Of a DNA stretch of 64,000 nt, positions 38,790-50,848 are shown piece after piece. Within the stretch, counting starts at the first letter, position 1. Each line of letters starts with the position of its first letter. The position numbers and the translations under genes were made by a program. The notes beneath the pieces were generated by a model that made no database searches, was not told where the DNA came from, and was given only the letters and a program-made list of their open reading frames with translations. Source of the stretch: Mobula hypostoma (taxonomy: Eukaryota); assembly GCF_963921235.1 (NCBI RefSeq), contig NC_086107.1, positions 116,376,001 to 116,440,000 on the forward strand. The letters run 5' to 3'.

Positions 38790-39760
38790 TAGGGGTTGGA
38801 GGGGTTTCAGGGACAGGGTGATTTGGTTGCCCTGCTGTAGGAAAGTTAGAGCAAGTGGACAGATTTACAAGGCGGTTGCTGAGACTTGGAGGACTGAGCT
38901 GTGGAGAGATCAGACAGACTGGGACTTCATTCCCTGGAGCCTAGGAGACTGAGGGGTGCCCTTACAGAGGTGTATAAAACCACAAGGGGCACAGATAGGG
39001 AGAGTGTGCACAGTCCTTTTCCCCAGGGTCGGGCAATCAAGAACCAGAGGGCACATGGTGCGAAGGGAGACGTTTAATAGGGACCTAAGGGGCAACTTTT
39101 GCCCCCAGACAATGAGCTGCACAGGAAGTGGTTAAGGCATGTACATTTTTAAAAACACAGATGGGTATGTGAATAAGAAAGGTTTAGGGAGATATGGAAC
39201 AAATGGAACTAGGTCAGGTGGGAATGTTGGTTGGTTTAAAGGTGTTGGTCTAAAGGGACTGTTTCTGTTCTGTGACTCCATGAGTCCCACTCACTGGACA
39301 TCCGTTTACCTCCTAACAATGTTGTCAAAATTAGTCTTGTTATAATTTAAGACCTTAACTCGTGAGTTTTCAGAAACTAATCAACTGATGCCAAACACAA
39401 GCGAGTGGATGGTTGGCTGGTCTGGTGATACAGCGCTTTACAGTGTCAGTGAGCTGGGGGTCAGCTCCTCAGCTATCGGTAATGAGTCTGTACTTCTTCC
39501 CCGTGATCAGTTGGGTTTCCAGGAAGAATTTCTTTAGCCAGAGTGGTGAATCTGTGGAATTCTTTGCCACAGGCAGCTGTGGAGGCCAAGTCTTTATGTA
39601 CAGTTAGGCAGAAATTGACAGATTCTTGATTGGTCAGGGCATGAAGGGATATGAAGACTGGGGCCTGAGAGGAAAATTGAATCAGCTATGATAAAATGGT
39701 GGAGCAGACTCGATGGGCCAAATGGCCTAATTATTCTCCTACATCTTATGGGTTAGGGTT
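38790..39760 (+). mobile_element. Old CR1 3' fragments
   Basis: Similar to the CR1 3' ends at 10870-11120 and 6720-6960. Confidence 0.65.
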
Positions 39761-40029
39761 AGTAAGTTGTGGGCATGCTATGTTACCGCCAGAAGCATGA
39801 CAACACAATACTCAGACTGTGTTAGTCGTTGATGGAGACGGAACTGATGCATTTCACCGTACTGCAGAGTTTCGTACTTGTGACAAAGCTCATATTTAAT
39901 CTTTACTATGTTTGCATGTGATACAGATTGATGAAATTATGAACGATGTCGAAGTTGCAGCAGGATATACATATATATACACACACACACATCAGGATAT
40001 ACATCAATACCCTAACCCTAACCCTGATC

Positions 40030-41175
40030 CCTCAGCACCAGCTCCATAGCCAAGAAAGCCAGGCAGCCTCTCTACTTTCTGCGAAGGTTGAGAAAAGTCC
40101 ATCTCCCACCCCCCATCCTCACCACATTCTACAGAGGTTGTATCGAGAGCATCCTGAGCAGCAGCATCACGGCCTGGTTCGGAAATTGCACCATCTCGGA
40201 TCGCAAGACCCTGCAGCGGATAGTGAGGTCAGCTGAGAAGATCATCGGGGTCTCTCTTCCTGCTATTAATCTTCTGTCCGTGGACTCACTTTACACCGCA
40301 TGCTGTTGGAGCAGTGCTGCCAGGATAATCAAAGATACGACTCACCCAGCCAACACACTTTTCATCCCTCTTCCCTCCAGAAGGCTCAGGAGCTTGAAGA
40401 CTCGTACGGCCAGATTCGGGAACAGCTTTTTTCCAACTGTGATAAGACTGCTGAATGGATCCCGACCCGGATCTGGGCCATACCCTCCGAATATCCAGAC
40501 CTGCCTCTCGGTTTTTTTGCGCTACCTTACTTTCCATTTTTTGATTTTCTATTTATGATTTTACTATGTAATATTTGTAATCCAGGGAGTGGGAAGCGCA
40601 GAATCAAATATCGCTGTGATGATTGTATGTTCTAGAATTGTTTGGCGACAATAAAGTATAAAATATCATTCAAAGTATTACAGACATTTACACCACACGC
40701 TGCACCCGCAAAGCTAACAGTATTGTGAAGGACCCCACGCAGCCCTCACACAAACTCTTCTCCCTCCTGCCATCTGGCAAAAGGTACCGAAGCATTCGGG
40801 CTCTCACGACCAGACTGTGCAACAGTTTCTTCCCCCAAGCCATCAGACTCCTCAATACCCAGAGCCTAGACTGACATCTACATCATTTATTATTATATCG
40901 TAATTTGTCCTCTACTGTGCCTGTCTTGTTTGTTAATTACCGTACTGCCCTGCACTGTTTTGTGCACTTCATGTAGTCCTGTGCAGGTCTGTAGTCTAGT
41001 GCAGTTTTTATGTTGTTTCACATAGTCTAGTGTAGCCTTGTGCTGTCTCACTTAGTCTAGTGTAGTTTTGTGTTGTTTCATGTAGCACCATGGTCCTGGA
41101 GGAACGTTGTTTTGTTTTTACTGTGTACTGTACCAGCAGCTTATGGTCGAAATGACAATAAACCTGACTTGACCT
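40030..41175 (+). mobile_element. L2/Rex1-type LINE 3' fragment interrupted by a second similar fragment (about 40265-40645)
   Basis: FYRGCIESILSSSITAWFGNC...LQRIVRSAEKIIG resumes at about 40680 with P/SGKRYRSI...RLCNSFFPQAIRLLN. The inner piece has RFGNSFFPTVIRLLN and its own AATAAA. Confidence 0.75.
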
Positions 41176-41801
41176 GAGTTGCAGATACGAGCGGAGATAT
41201 GGCTGATGGAGTTGAACCCGGACAACTGTGAGGTGTTACACTTTAGGAGGTCAAGGGACAGGGCACAGTTAATGGCAGGACCCTTAACAGTGTTGATGTT
41301 AATCAGTTTTCTGAATAATCCACCAACAAGACTTGGTAATTGATATAAGTTTTGTATTTGCACAGTACTTCTGCCACAAAACAACTCATTTCACATCATA
41401 TAAGAAACCTTACTCTGAGGGATCTTGGGGTCCAAGTCCACAGCTTCCCATCCCTGATGGTGTCTGCACAGGAAGAAGCCCTCTAGCGTGTTTGCCTTTA
41501 GTATTGAGGCATTGTGTTCAGGAGTTGGGAAGTGACATTGCAGTGTTCGACGCCCTGGTTATGCTACGTCTGGAGTATTGTTCTGGTCACTCCATGACAA
41601 GAAGGGTGTAATGGAGGGAGTAGAAGAGGTCCACTCCACCAGGATGCTGCCTGGAGCTACTCGGCGAGGTCAGAGAAACTGGGGTTGTTTAGAGTGGCAG
41701 GAATCAGAGCCTCGAGTATTCCGCTGTCTTCCTTCTGCTCAGTCTGAGATGCCTTCCCTGGATACCCTTCTCTCCTTCGTTTCTCATGGTCCTTGGTGAT
41801 A

Positions 41802-41983
41802 TCAGTAGTTACGGCATTGGAAGATACCGCGGGAGCGGGTGGGAGCCGCCTCCTGCTCAGTCTCCAGCTGAAATACGTCTCTGCCCGTCCTCAGCATTTG
41901 CTCCTCGATCCGTTTGTGCCTCTTCATATCAGACAGAACCTTGTCCAGCCGTGCTTCGCGTCGCTGGGTGCGGCTTGAGCTCC
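41802..41983 (-). CDS. PAGR1: PAGR1 terminal coding exon
   Basis: ccccag|GG AGC TCA... encodes [41 protein letters not shown]...FQCRNY*, matching the conserved [16 protein letters not shown] motif. Confidence 0.95.
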
Positions 41984-42424
41984 CTGGGGAAGGGGAAGGG
42001 GAGGAAGAGGAAGAGGTTAACGGGCAGTGGGTGAGCTCCCTGGGGAGGAGGAAGGGGAGGAAGAGGAAGAGGTTAATGGGCAGCGGGTGAGCTCCCTGGG
42101 GAGGGGGAAGGGGAGGAAGAGGAAGAGGTTAACGGGCAGTGGGTGAGCTCCCTGGGGAGGGGGAAGGGGAGGAAGAGGAAGAGGTTAATGGGCAGCGGGT
42201 GAGCTCCCTGGGGAGGGGGAAGGGGAGGAAGAGGAAGAGGTTAATGGGCAGCAGGTGAGCTCCCTGGGGAGGGGGAAGGGGAGGAAGAGGAAGAGGTTAA
42301 CGGGCAGTGGGTGAGCTCCCTGGGGAGGGGGAAGGGGAGGAAGAGGAAGAGGTTAACGGGCAGTGGGTGAGCTCCCTGGGGAGGGGGAAGGGGAGGAAGA
42401 GGAAGAGGTTAACGGGCAGCGGGT
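41977..42424. repeat. 56-bp tandem repeat, 8 copies, spanning the PAGR1 last intron/exon junction
   Basis: Units start at 41977, 42033, 42089, 42145, 42201, 42257, 42313 and 42369. Confidence 0.97.
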
Positions 42425-42910
42425 GTAGGGCTCAAGGTCCCAGCAGGAGAAAATACAGCCCCCAAGCCAAAAGATTGGGGTGGGGGGGGTGAGGTGGAGG
42501 GTAGGTAACAGAAAGAGGAATGTAGGGCAGAGGTTAGAGGGGGGATGGGGTGGGGTGGAGGGGGACAGAGTGGGGCAGAGGGGATGGGGTGGGGGGGTAC
42601 GGGGTGGGGAGGAGGGGGGCGGGGTGCGGGGAATGGGGTTGGGTGTAGGGGAGACAGATTGGGGTGGAGGGGGACGGGGTGGGGAGGGGGGATGGGGCAG
42701 GTTAGAGGGAGTATGGGGTGGGGTGGGGAGGAGGGGTGGAGGGGGGACGGGGTGGGTTACGGGGGGGGACAGGGCGCAAGGTGGAGGGCAGGTAACGGAG
42801 GACTGTAGGGCAGAGAGAAGCACATGATGGACATGTGAGCAAGGGAGTTTGGTCTCCACCATGCCAATGTCACTTGGGCCACCATGTGCTCGCACGACTG
42901 CTCAGCTCAC

Positions 42911-42990
42911 CTGGAGATCTCCGCATGCCCAGGAAGGATTTGGCTGGTGCAGGTTCATCATCAAAGTCAAACTCAGTAGGTGCAGGGGGC
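42911..42990 (-). CDS. PAGR1: PAGR1 second coding exon (80 bp)
   Basis: cccacag|G CCC CCT...CCA G|gtgagc encodes PPAPTEFDFDDEPAPAKSFLGMRRSP, including the hallmark PTEFDFDDEP. Phases are consistent on both sides. Confidence 0.95.
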
Positions 42991-43094
42991 CTGTGGGTGA
43001 AGAGAGAGATGGTGGCATGGTTCCTGCATCATCCAACACACAGCAGCAGAGAAACAGGCCGTCTTGGCCCAACTTATCTGTGCCAATCCAGATC

Positions 43095-44610
43095 CCTGTC
43101 TGATTCCCCACACTCTCCCCACGGTGTCTGACCCGCGTTCCCCCAGACTTTCCCCACGGTGTCTGACCCGCGTTCCCCCAGACTCTCCCCACGGTGTCTG
43201 ACCCGCGTTTCCCCAGACTCTCCCCACGGTGTCTGACCCGCGTTTCCCCAGACTCTCCCCACGGTGTCTGCCCATATTCCCCCAGACTCTCCCCACGGTG
43301 TCTGCCCATATTCCCCCAGACTCTCCCCACAGTGTCGGACCCGCGTTCCCCCAGACTCTCCCCACGGTGTCTGACCCGCGTTCCCCCAGACTCTCCCCAC
43401 GGTGTCTGCCCATATTCCCCCAGACTCTCCCCACGGTGTCTGACCCGCGTTCCCCCAGACTCTCCCCACGGTGTCTGCCCATATTCCCCCAGACTCTCCC
43501 CACGGTGTCTGCCCATATTCCCCCACACTCTCCCCACGGTGTCTGACCCACGTTCCCCCAGACTCTCCCCACGGTGTCTGCCCATATTCCCCCACACTCT
43601 CCCCACGGTGTCGGACCCGCGTTCCCCCAGACTCTCCCCACGGTGTCTGCCCATATTCCCCCACACTCTCCCCACGGTGTCGGACCCGCGTTCCCCCAGA
43701 CTCTCCCCACGGTGTCTGCCCATATTCCCCCACACTCTCCCCACGGTGTCTGACCCACGTTCCCCCAGACTCTCCCCATGGTGTCTGCCCATATTCCCCC
43801 AGACTCTCCCCACAGTGTCGGACCCGCGTTCCCCCAGACTCTCCCTACGGTGTCTGCCCATATTCCCCCAGACTCTCCCCACGGTGTCTGACCCACGTTC
43901 CCCCAGACTCTCCCCACGGTGTCTGCCCATATTCCCCCAGACTCTCCCCACGGTGTCGGACCCGCGTTCCCCCAGACTCTCCCCACGGTGTCTGCCCATA
44001 TTCCCCCAGACTCTCCCCACAGTGTCGGACCCGCGTTCCCCCAGACTCTCCCCACGGTGTCTGACCCGCGTTTCCCCAGACTCTCCCCACGGTGTCGGAC
44101 CCGCGTTCCCCCAGACTCTCCCCACGGTGTCGGACCCGTGTTCCCCCAGACTCTCCCCACGGTGTCTGCCCATATTCCCCCACACTCTCCCCACGGTGTC
44201 TGCCCATATTCCCCCACACTCTCCCCACGGTGTCTGACCCGCGTTTCCCCAGACTCTCCCCACGGTGTCTGCCCATATTCCCCCAGACTCTCCCCACGGT
44301 GTCTGCCCATATTCCCCCACACTCTCCCCACGGTGTTTGCCCATATTCCCCCAGACTCTCCCCACGGTGTCTGCCCATATTCCCCCAGACTCTCCCCACA
44401 GTGTCTGACCCGCGTTTCCCCACACTCTCCCCACGGTGTCTGCCCATATTCCCCCAGACTCTCCCCATGGTGTCTGACTTGCAATCCCCCACAGTGTCTG
44501 ACCCGCGTTCCCCCACACTCTCCCCACGGTGTCGGACCCGTGTTTTCCCAGACTCTCCCCACGGTGTCGGACCCGCGTTTCCCCAGACTCTCCCCACGGT
44601 GTCTGACCCG
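43095..44610. repeat. 34/35-bp two-variant minisatellite in a PAGR1 intron
   Basis: Units CCCACGGTGTCTGACCCGCGTTCCCCCAGACTCTC and CCCACGGTGTCTGCCCATATTCCCCCAGACTCTC. Confidence 0.97.
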
Positions 44611-44722
44611 TGATGCCCCATACACTCCTGCTGGGACTGATGTTTTCTACAGAGCCTCCCTCGCCCCTGTGGTCTGATGGTTGGCTGGGCTATACTGGGG
44701 CATCTCAAGCCCATGAGCTTAC

Positions 44723-44985
44723 TTCTCATCCTCCTCTTCGATGGCCAAGGGCTCCTCGGGCTCCTCTTCCTGGGTTGGTCCGGCCTCGGGGGTTGGGGGG
44801 CGGCGGGGCAGTGGCCGGGAGCTGAGCTCCAGGCTACCCTGCTGCGACAGGGCTTGGTACAGACGCAGGATCTCCTGGGGGCTCGGGGTCCACGGGTCTG
44901 TGTTTTCCACTTCCTCGTCGCTGCAGCTGACGCTCCAAGGCTCCTCAGTGGGCAAGTGAGGGGCAGCCTCCTCCTCTGTCTCCAT
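44723..44985 (-). CDS. PAGR1: PAGR1 (PAXIP1-associated glutamate-rich protein 1) first coding exon
   Basis: [68 protein letters not shown]... matches the PAGR1 motifs WxVxCSDEE, WxPxPxEIxRLY and [10 protein letters not shown]. Acceptor is caag|G ATG and donor is AA|GTAAGC (phase 2). Confidence 0.93.
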
Positions 44986-45774
44986 CCTTGAGGAGGGAGG
45001 TGAGGAAGGAGTATGTGAGGGTGTTAAGATGGAGGAGTTGGGGGGAGGGTTAGAGGTAGTGGTCTGGTGGGGAGGTGGACAGGGTGGGGGAAGAGGAATG
45101 CAGAAATGTGATACATGGAAACCAGGGTGTTTTAGATCACTACAGCACAGAAACAAACCCTTCAGCCCATCTAATGTGTGATTTCTGCTAAGTCCCATCT
45201 ACTTGCACCCAGACCATATCCCTCTGTACCCCTCCCAGCCAAAAGACGACCAAATTTCTCTTAAATGTTACAGTTGAACCCACATCCATGACTTCTGCTG
45301 GTAGATTGTTCCACGTCCTGTCTGGACACATCTTGCTCTGCCTGTGACCACAAGCAACTGCAGAGAGTTGTGGACACAGCTCAGCACATCTCCCCTCCAC
45401 GGACCTGCCTACACTTCTGACTGCCTCGGTAAAGCAGCCAGTGTAATCACACCCCAGACATTCTTTCTTCTCCCTCCTCCCATCAGGGAGAAAGCATGTT
45501 CCACCAGGCTAAAGGACAGCTTCTGTTTTACGACTGAACAGTCCTCTATTACGATACGTTGGACTTTTGCCCTTACAACCTAACTCTTTACGATCTTGCA
45601 CCTTATTGTCTGCCTGCACTGCACTTTCTCTGTACTACGACACTTTATTCTGCATTCTCCTATTGTTTTACCTTGTTCTACCTCAGTGCACTGTGATATG
45701 TTCAGTATGCAAGACGAGATTTTCACCGTACCTTGGTACATGTAACAATAATAAATATCAGCAAAAACCCTTTG

Positions 45775-47345
45775 AACATAGAAATCTACAACACTCTAAA
45801 GGCCCTTTGGCCCACAATACCGTGCCGACCATGTAACCTACTCTAGGAGCTGTCTAGAATTTCCCTACCACATAGCCCTCTATTTTTCTAAGCTCATAAA
45901 AGACCCTTTTGTATCCACCTCCACTATCGTCACTGGCAGTGCACTCCACACACCCATCACTCTGTGTGAAAAACTTACCTCTGGCATCCCCCTTTGTACC
46001 TACTTCCAAGCACCTTAAAACTATGCCCCCTTGTGTTAGCCATTTCAGCCCCGGGAAAAAGCCTCTGGCTATTCACATGATCAATGCCTCTCATCATCTT
46101 ATACACCTCCATCAGGTCACCTCTCTTCCTCCATTGCTCCAAGGAAAAAAGGCCAAGTTCACTCAACCTATTCTCATCTTATTGTCCACCTGCACATGCT
46201 CTCTAATCCAGGTAATATCCTTGTAAGTCTCCTCTGCACTCTCTCTATAACATCCACATCCTTCCTGTAATGAGGTGACCAGAACGAAATACAGTACTCC
46301 AAGTGGGGTCTGACCAAGGTCTTATATAGCTGTAACATTACCTCATGACTCTTGAACTCAGTCTCATGGTTGATGAGTGCCAACACACCATACACATTCT
46401 TAACAACACTGTCAACCTGCACAGAAGCTTTGAGTGGATACAGACCCCAAGATCTTGCCAATCCTACACACTGCCAAGAGTCTTACCATTAATATTACAT
46501 TCTATCTTCAAATTTACCCTACCGAAATGAACCACTTCACACTTTTCTTGGTTGAACTCCATCTGCCACTTCTCAGCCCAGTTCCGCATCCTATCGATGT
46601 TCCACCATAACCTCTGACAGCCCTCCAGACTATCCACAACACCAACTTTTGTATCATCAGCAAACTTACTAATCTACCCTTCCACTTCCTCATCTAAGTC
46701 ATTTGTAAAAATCACAAAGAGGAGAGGTCCCAGAACAGATCCCTGCAGATCACCACTGGTCACCGATCTCCATGCAGTAGATGAACTATCCACAAAGTGA
46801 GGTCTCCTTGGAGCTCCTGTCTCATTGTTTTCTGAATGAGCCTTGCATGGAAACCTTATCAAATGTCTTACTGAAATCCATATAGACTATATTCAATGTC
46901 TTTTGTTACATCCTCAAAGAATTCAGTCATGCTCGTAAGGCACAACCTGCCCTTGACAAAGCCATGTTGACTATCCCTAATCAGATTATGTCTCTCCAAA
47001 TGCTCATAAATCCTGCCTCTCAGGATCTTCTCCAACAACTTGCCCACCATGTTTCCTGGGTTATCTCTACTCCCTTTCTTGAACAAGGGAACAACATTTA
47101 CAACCTTCCAATCCTCTGGTACTTCTCCCATCCCTATTGATGCAAAGATCATAGCCAAAGGCTCAGCAATCTCCTCCCTCACTTCCCACAGTAGACTGGG
47201 GTATATCCCATCCGGTCCCAGCGACTTATCTGACTTAATACCTTTCAAAAGCTCCAGCACACCCTCTTTCTTAATGTCTATAGACTCAAGCATCCCAGTC
47301 TCTTTAAGTCATCCCCACAATTGCCAAGGTCCTTTTCACTTTTGA
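45775..47345 (-). mobile_element. Decayed CR1 ORF2 with internal deletions (PAGR1 intron 1)
   Basis: Contains VPEDWKVVNVVPLFKKG, QHGFVKGR, QGSVLGPLLF and LVRPHLEYC. Confidence 0.85.
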
Positions 47346-48011
47346 GTGAAGAAGTTGCCAGAAATATTTCCTCTTCACCGCATTTCAAATCAACCATACA
47401 TGGATAGAGCCAAACGAAGTATTGTTTCTCTAGGGTCAAGGTGCAAAGCATACAGAATGGAACGAGCAAAAAAACAAAAGTAATGCAAAAAAAAAAAAAA
47501 ACTCCTATATAGTCCAAAACCCTGATCGACTTGTCCGGCCAATTGATGGCATAGTTCCCGGCTATCCAGCCTATCATTACACCAATTGAACACTGGAGGG
47601 CAGCACCGATGGGAAAGCCCAGCTCCCAACCGAGCACAGACGCCACGCTACACGGCCTCTGGCGTCTCCACACCTGGACAGAAACAAGGAAGCCTGCAAC
47701 TTGAGGCCTCGTCCTTGCTACAAATGACACTACACAGCTCCCACACCGCCTGTCTCTCCAGCAAACTAGGGAAACAGGCCTGCGGCATCTTACATTATCA
47801 ATGTCCAACAGGGTCTTGCGATTGCAAGAGAAATGCCAGAGGCAATCACCCACAGTTACACTGCACGCTGCTTTCGTGCTGCAACCCTGATGCCTTCACG
47901 TAGCAGGCAGCAACACGGTCTGCACTCAGGTTAGCTCCTTGGACCCACTGGCTGGCTCCTCTTTCACCGGCAACCCAGCCAGCTACTCCCATCAGCAGCA
48001 GCTCACTGATC

Positions 48012-49995
48012 TTTTCAAAATCTACTTTATTCAAAAATAAATTATATACAATAAACCATTCAATAACTTTCCATCCTTTACCTACTTTCCCTTATCGTCT
48101 GTACATATCCATACTTATAGCCACCCACGTGGCACTCCGTTGTTCACCTTACCACATCGTTGTTGAGGGGTATACTCCCCACCACCCGACCCCTCCCACC
48201 CCTATGGGTGGAGAACCCTACACCGTGGTCCTTCCCCACCGGGCCCTTGCGGTGGCTGCACCGAGTTTCAGTGCGTCCCTCAGCACGTACTCCTGCAGCC
48301 GAGAATGTGCCAGTCGGCAGCATTCTCCCACGGACATCTCCATGTGCCGGTAGATCATCAAGTTTCGGGCCGACCAAAGAGCGTCTTTCACCGAGTTGAT
48401 GATCTGCCAGCAGCACCGGATGTTGGTCTCCGTGTGCGTCCCCTGGAACAGCCCGTAGATCAGAGAGTCCTCTGTTACGCAGCTGCTGGGGATAAACCGT
48501 GACACTAGCCCGTCCATCCTCCTCCACACCCTCTTTGCGAACTGGCAGTGTGCAAAGAGGTGGGTCACAGACTCCTCCTCACTGCAGTCCTCCCGTGGGC
48601 AGTGGGGTGCAGAGACGACGTTCCGGGCATACAGGAGGGATCTGACTGGGAGGGTCCCTCTCACCGCCAGCCAGGCGAGGTCCTGGTGCCTGTTGGTGAG
48701 ATCTGGCGATGAGGCATTTTGCCAGATGAACTGGACGGTCTGCTCGGGGAACCACTCACTGTGTCCATCACGTCCTTCTCCTGCAGTGCCTGCAGGACAT
48801 TACGTGCCGACCACTGCCTGATGGCCCTGTGGTCAAAGGCGTTCTCCTGGAAGAACTTTTCTATGAAGGACAGGTATGGCCGCAACGACCAGCTGACTGG
48901 GGCGTTGCGCGGGAGTGGGGCCAGACCCATCCTTCGTAGCCAGGGCGACAGGTAGAACCTGGGCACATAGTGGTACTTGGTGCCCACATACCTGGGTTCT
49001 ACACACAACCTGATGCAGCCACATACGAAGCGGGCCATCAGGGTGAGGGCGACATTGGGGACATTCTTGCCCCCATTGTCCAGGGACTTGTGCATGACGG
49101 TCCGTCTCACCCGCTCCATCTTGGATCCCCAGACGAATCTGAAGACAGCTCGGGTGATTTCCGAGCTGTAGGAGTGGGGCACAGGCCACACCTGTGCCAA
49201 GTACAGCAGCCCTGAGAGCACCTCACACCTGATGACCAGGTTCTTGCCCATTATCGACAGGGAGCACCCTCCCCACAGTCCCAGTTTCTGTTTCACCTTG
49301 GCAGTCTGCTCCTGCCAGTTCTTGTTGCACGCCTCAGCCCCTCCGAACCAGATCCGCAGCATCCTCATGTGGTCAGACCTGATGGTGAAGGGGACGCTGG
49401 ATCGGTCGGGCCAGTTGCCGAAGAGCATGGCTTCGCTCTTTGTGCGGTTGACCCTGGCGCCCGACGCTAGCTCAAACTGTTCGCAGGTGCTAATCAACCT
49501 GTGAACTGACCTCAGATCAGAGCAGAAGACGGTGACATCGTCCATGTACAGGGAGGTTTTCACTTGGGTCCCTCCACTGCCTGGCAGCGTCACCCCTCTC
49601 ATGCCCTCATCCCTCCTGATGGCTTCGGCAAAGGGTTCAATGCAGCAGACAAACAAGACAGGGGAGAGGGGACAGCCCTGCCTGACTCCAGACCTGATGG
49701 GGAAGCTGTCTGTTTCCCACCCGTTGACCTGGACTGCACTACGGATGTCTGTGTAGAGCAGTCTGATCCACTTCCAGATTCCCTCCCCAAATCCCATTCT
49801 GGAGAGCACGTCCACCATGTACATGTGCGATATCCTGTCGAAGGCTTTCTTCTGGTCCAAGCTGACCAGGCAGGCGTTCACCCCCGTCCTGCATGTAGGC
49901 GATGGTGTCCCTCAGCAGCGCAAGGCTGTCTGAGATCTTCCTGCCCGGTACAGCACAGGTTTGGTCTGGGTGGATCACCTGTCCCAGCGCAGTAG
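48012..49995 (-). mobile_element. L1/Tx1-clade LINE, 5'-truncated, frameshifted ORF2
   Basis: RT motifs VIHPDQTCAVPGR, SLDQKKAFDRISH, GVRQGCPLSP and LYMDDV; C-terminal zinc finger CPREDC...ESVTHLFAHC; stop at 48218; minus-strand AATAAA near 48026. Confidence 0.9.
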
Positions 49996-49999
49996 ACCT

Positions 50000-50848
50000 G
50001 CTGTACCTGAAGTTTTGGAGCTCAGTATAGTCTTGTGAACATAAGAAACACAATTAACAAAGAGAAAAACACCTTTGGTTTGTGATGGGGTCCTGAATTA
50101 CCCCTATGAACTGTGCTTTTGAAGAGAGAGAGAGAGAGCTATTCAACACTCCCATCTTGTTTTTAAGAGAGAGGGGCGAAGACTGCTCACAGCATGTTTA
50201 CATTTCTACAAGGACGCTGTCTGCTTGGAAATCCTTACAGACAGAGAAGGGAGGAGCTGTTTGAGTGGCAGTTGGTATTCAGCACAGGGAGATAAATAGA
50301 AGGTCAGATGATAGACCTGAGACACATGGTGTTCGACACTGAATAAGCTTTGTTGTGCCCACAGAAAAGGTGGGTTTTGGAGGATTGATCAGTGGCTCTC
50401 GCAGTGTGAATAGGGTGTGACCGGTGGGGAGTAATTTGTGTGTCCAACCCTCACCTGGGTTGATAGCTCCACCACAGAAGAACGGTCCCCTTTTGTTGTC
50501 ACAGTCGGTGACTTCTAAAGGATTTCGGAGGACAATGGGAAGATCGATGATGTCAGCTCACCTGAAGACTCAAAATCTCTCCCTCTCCCCATCACTTCTC
50601 AACCCAATACCACGAACTGAACTTTACTCATCATCGCAAGACTACCTATTTACCCCTAGACTTGAAGATGCTTAGTTTTCATGTATTTCCACATTTATAT
50701 ATATTTATTGCTAACCTGTTTCATTTGTCTGCACTTATTTTACTGTATTGCGTAGTTACTAATAAATATCCTTAGTTAATAGCAACACTGGACTCCAAAG
50801 TGTTTTCCATCTCTGTTGGTTCTTTAACCCATCACGGGGTACGTGACA
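50000..50848 (+). mobile_element. Solo or 5'-truncated LTR related to the Gmr1-like LTRs
   Basis: Its 3' end (AATAAA...CTTAGTT...GACTCCAA...TCCAT.TCTG.TGGTT...ACGGGGTACGTGACA) parallels the 3' end of the 58520 LTR (...ACGGGGTACGTAACA). No PBS follows. Confidence 0.65.

Noticed and set aside
42902..44729. ORFs of up to 550 aa on both strands
   Set aside because: They are translations of the 34/35-bp intronic minisatellite; the real PAGR1 exons flank it.
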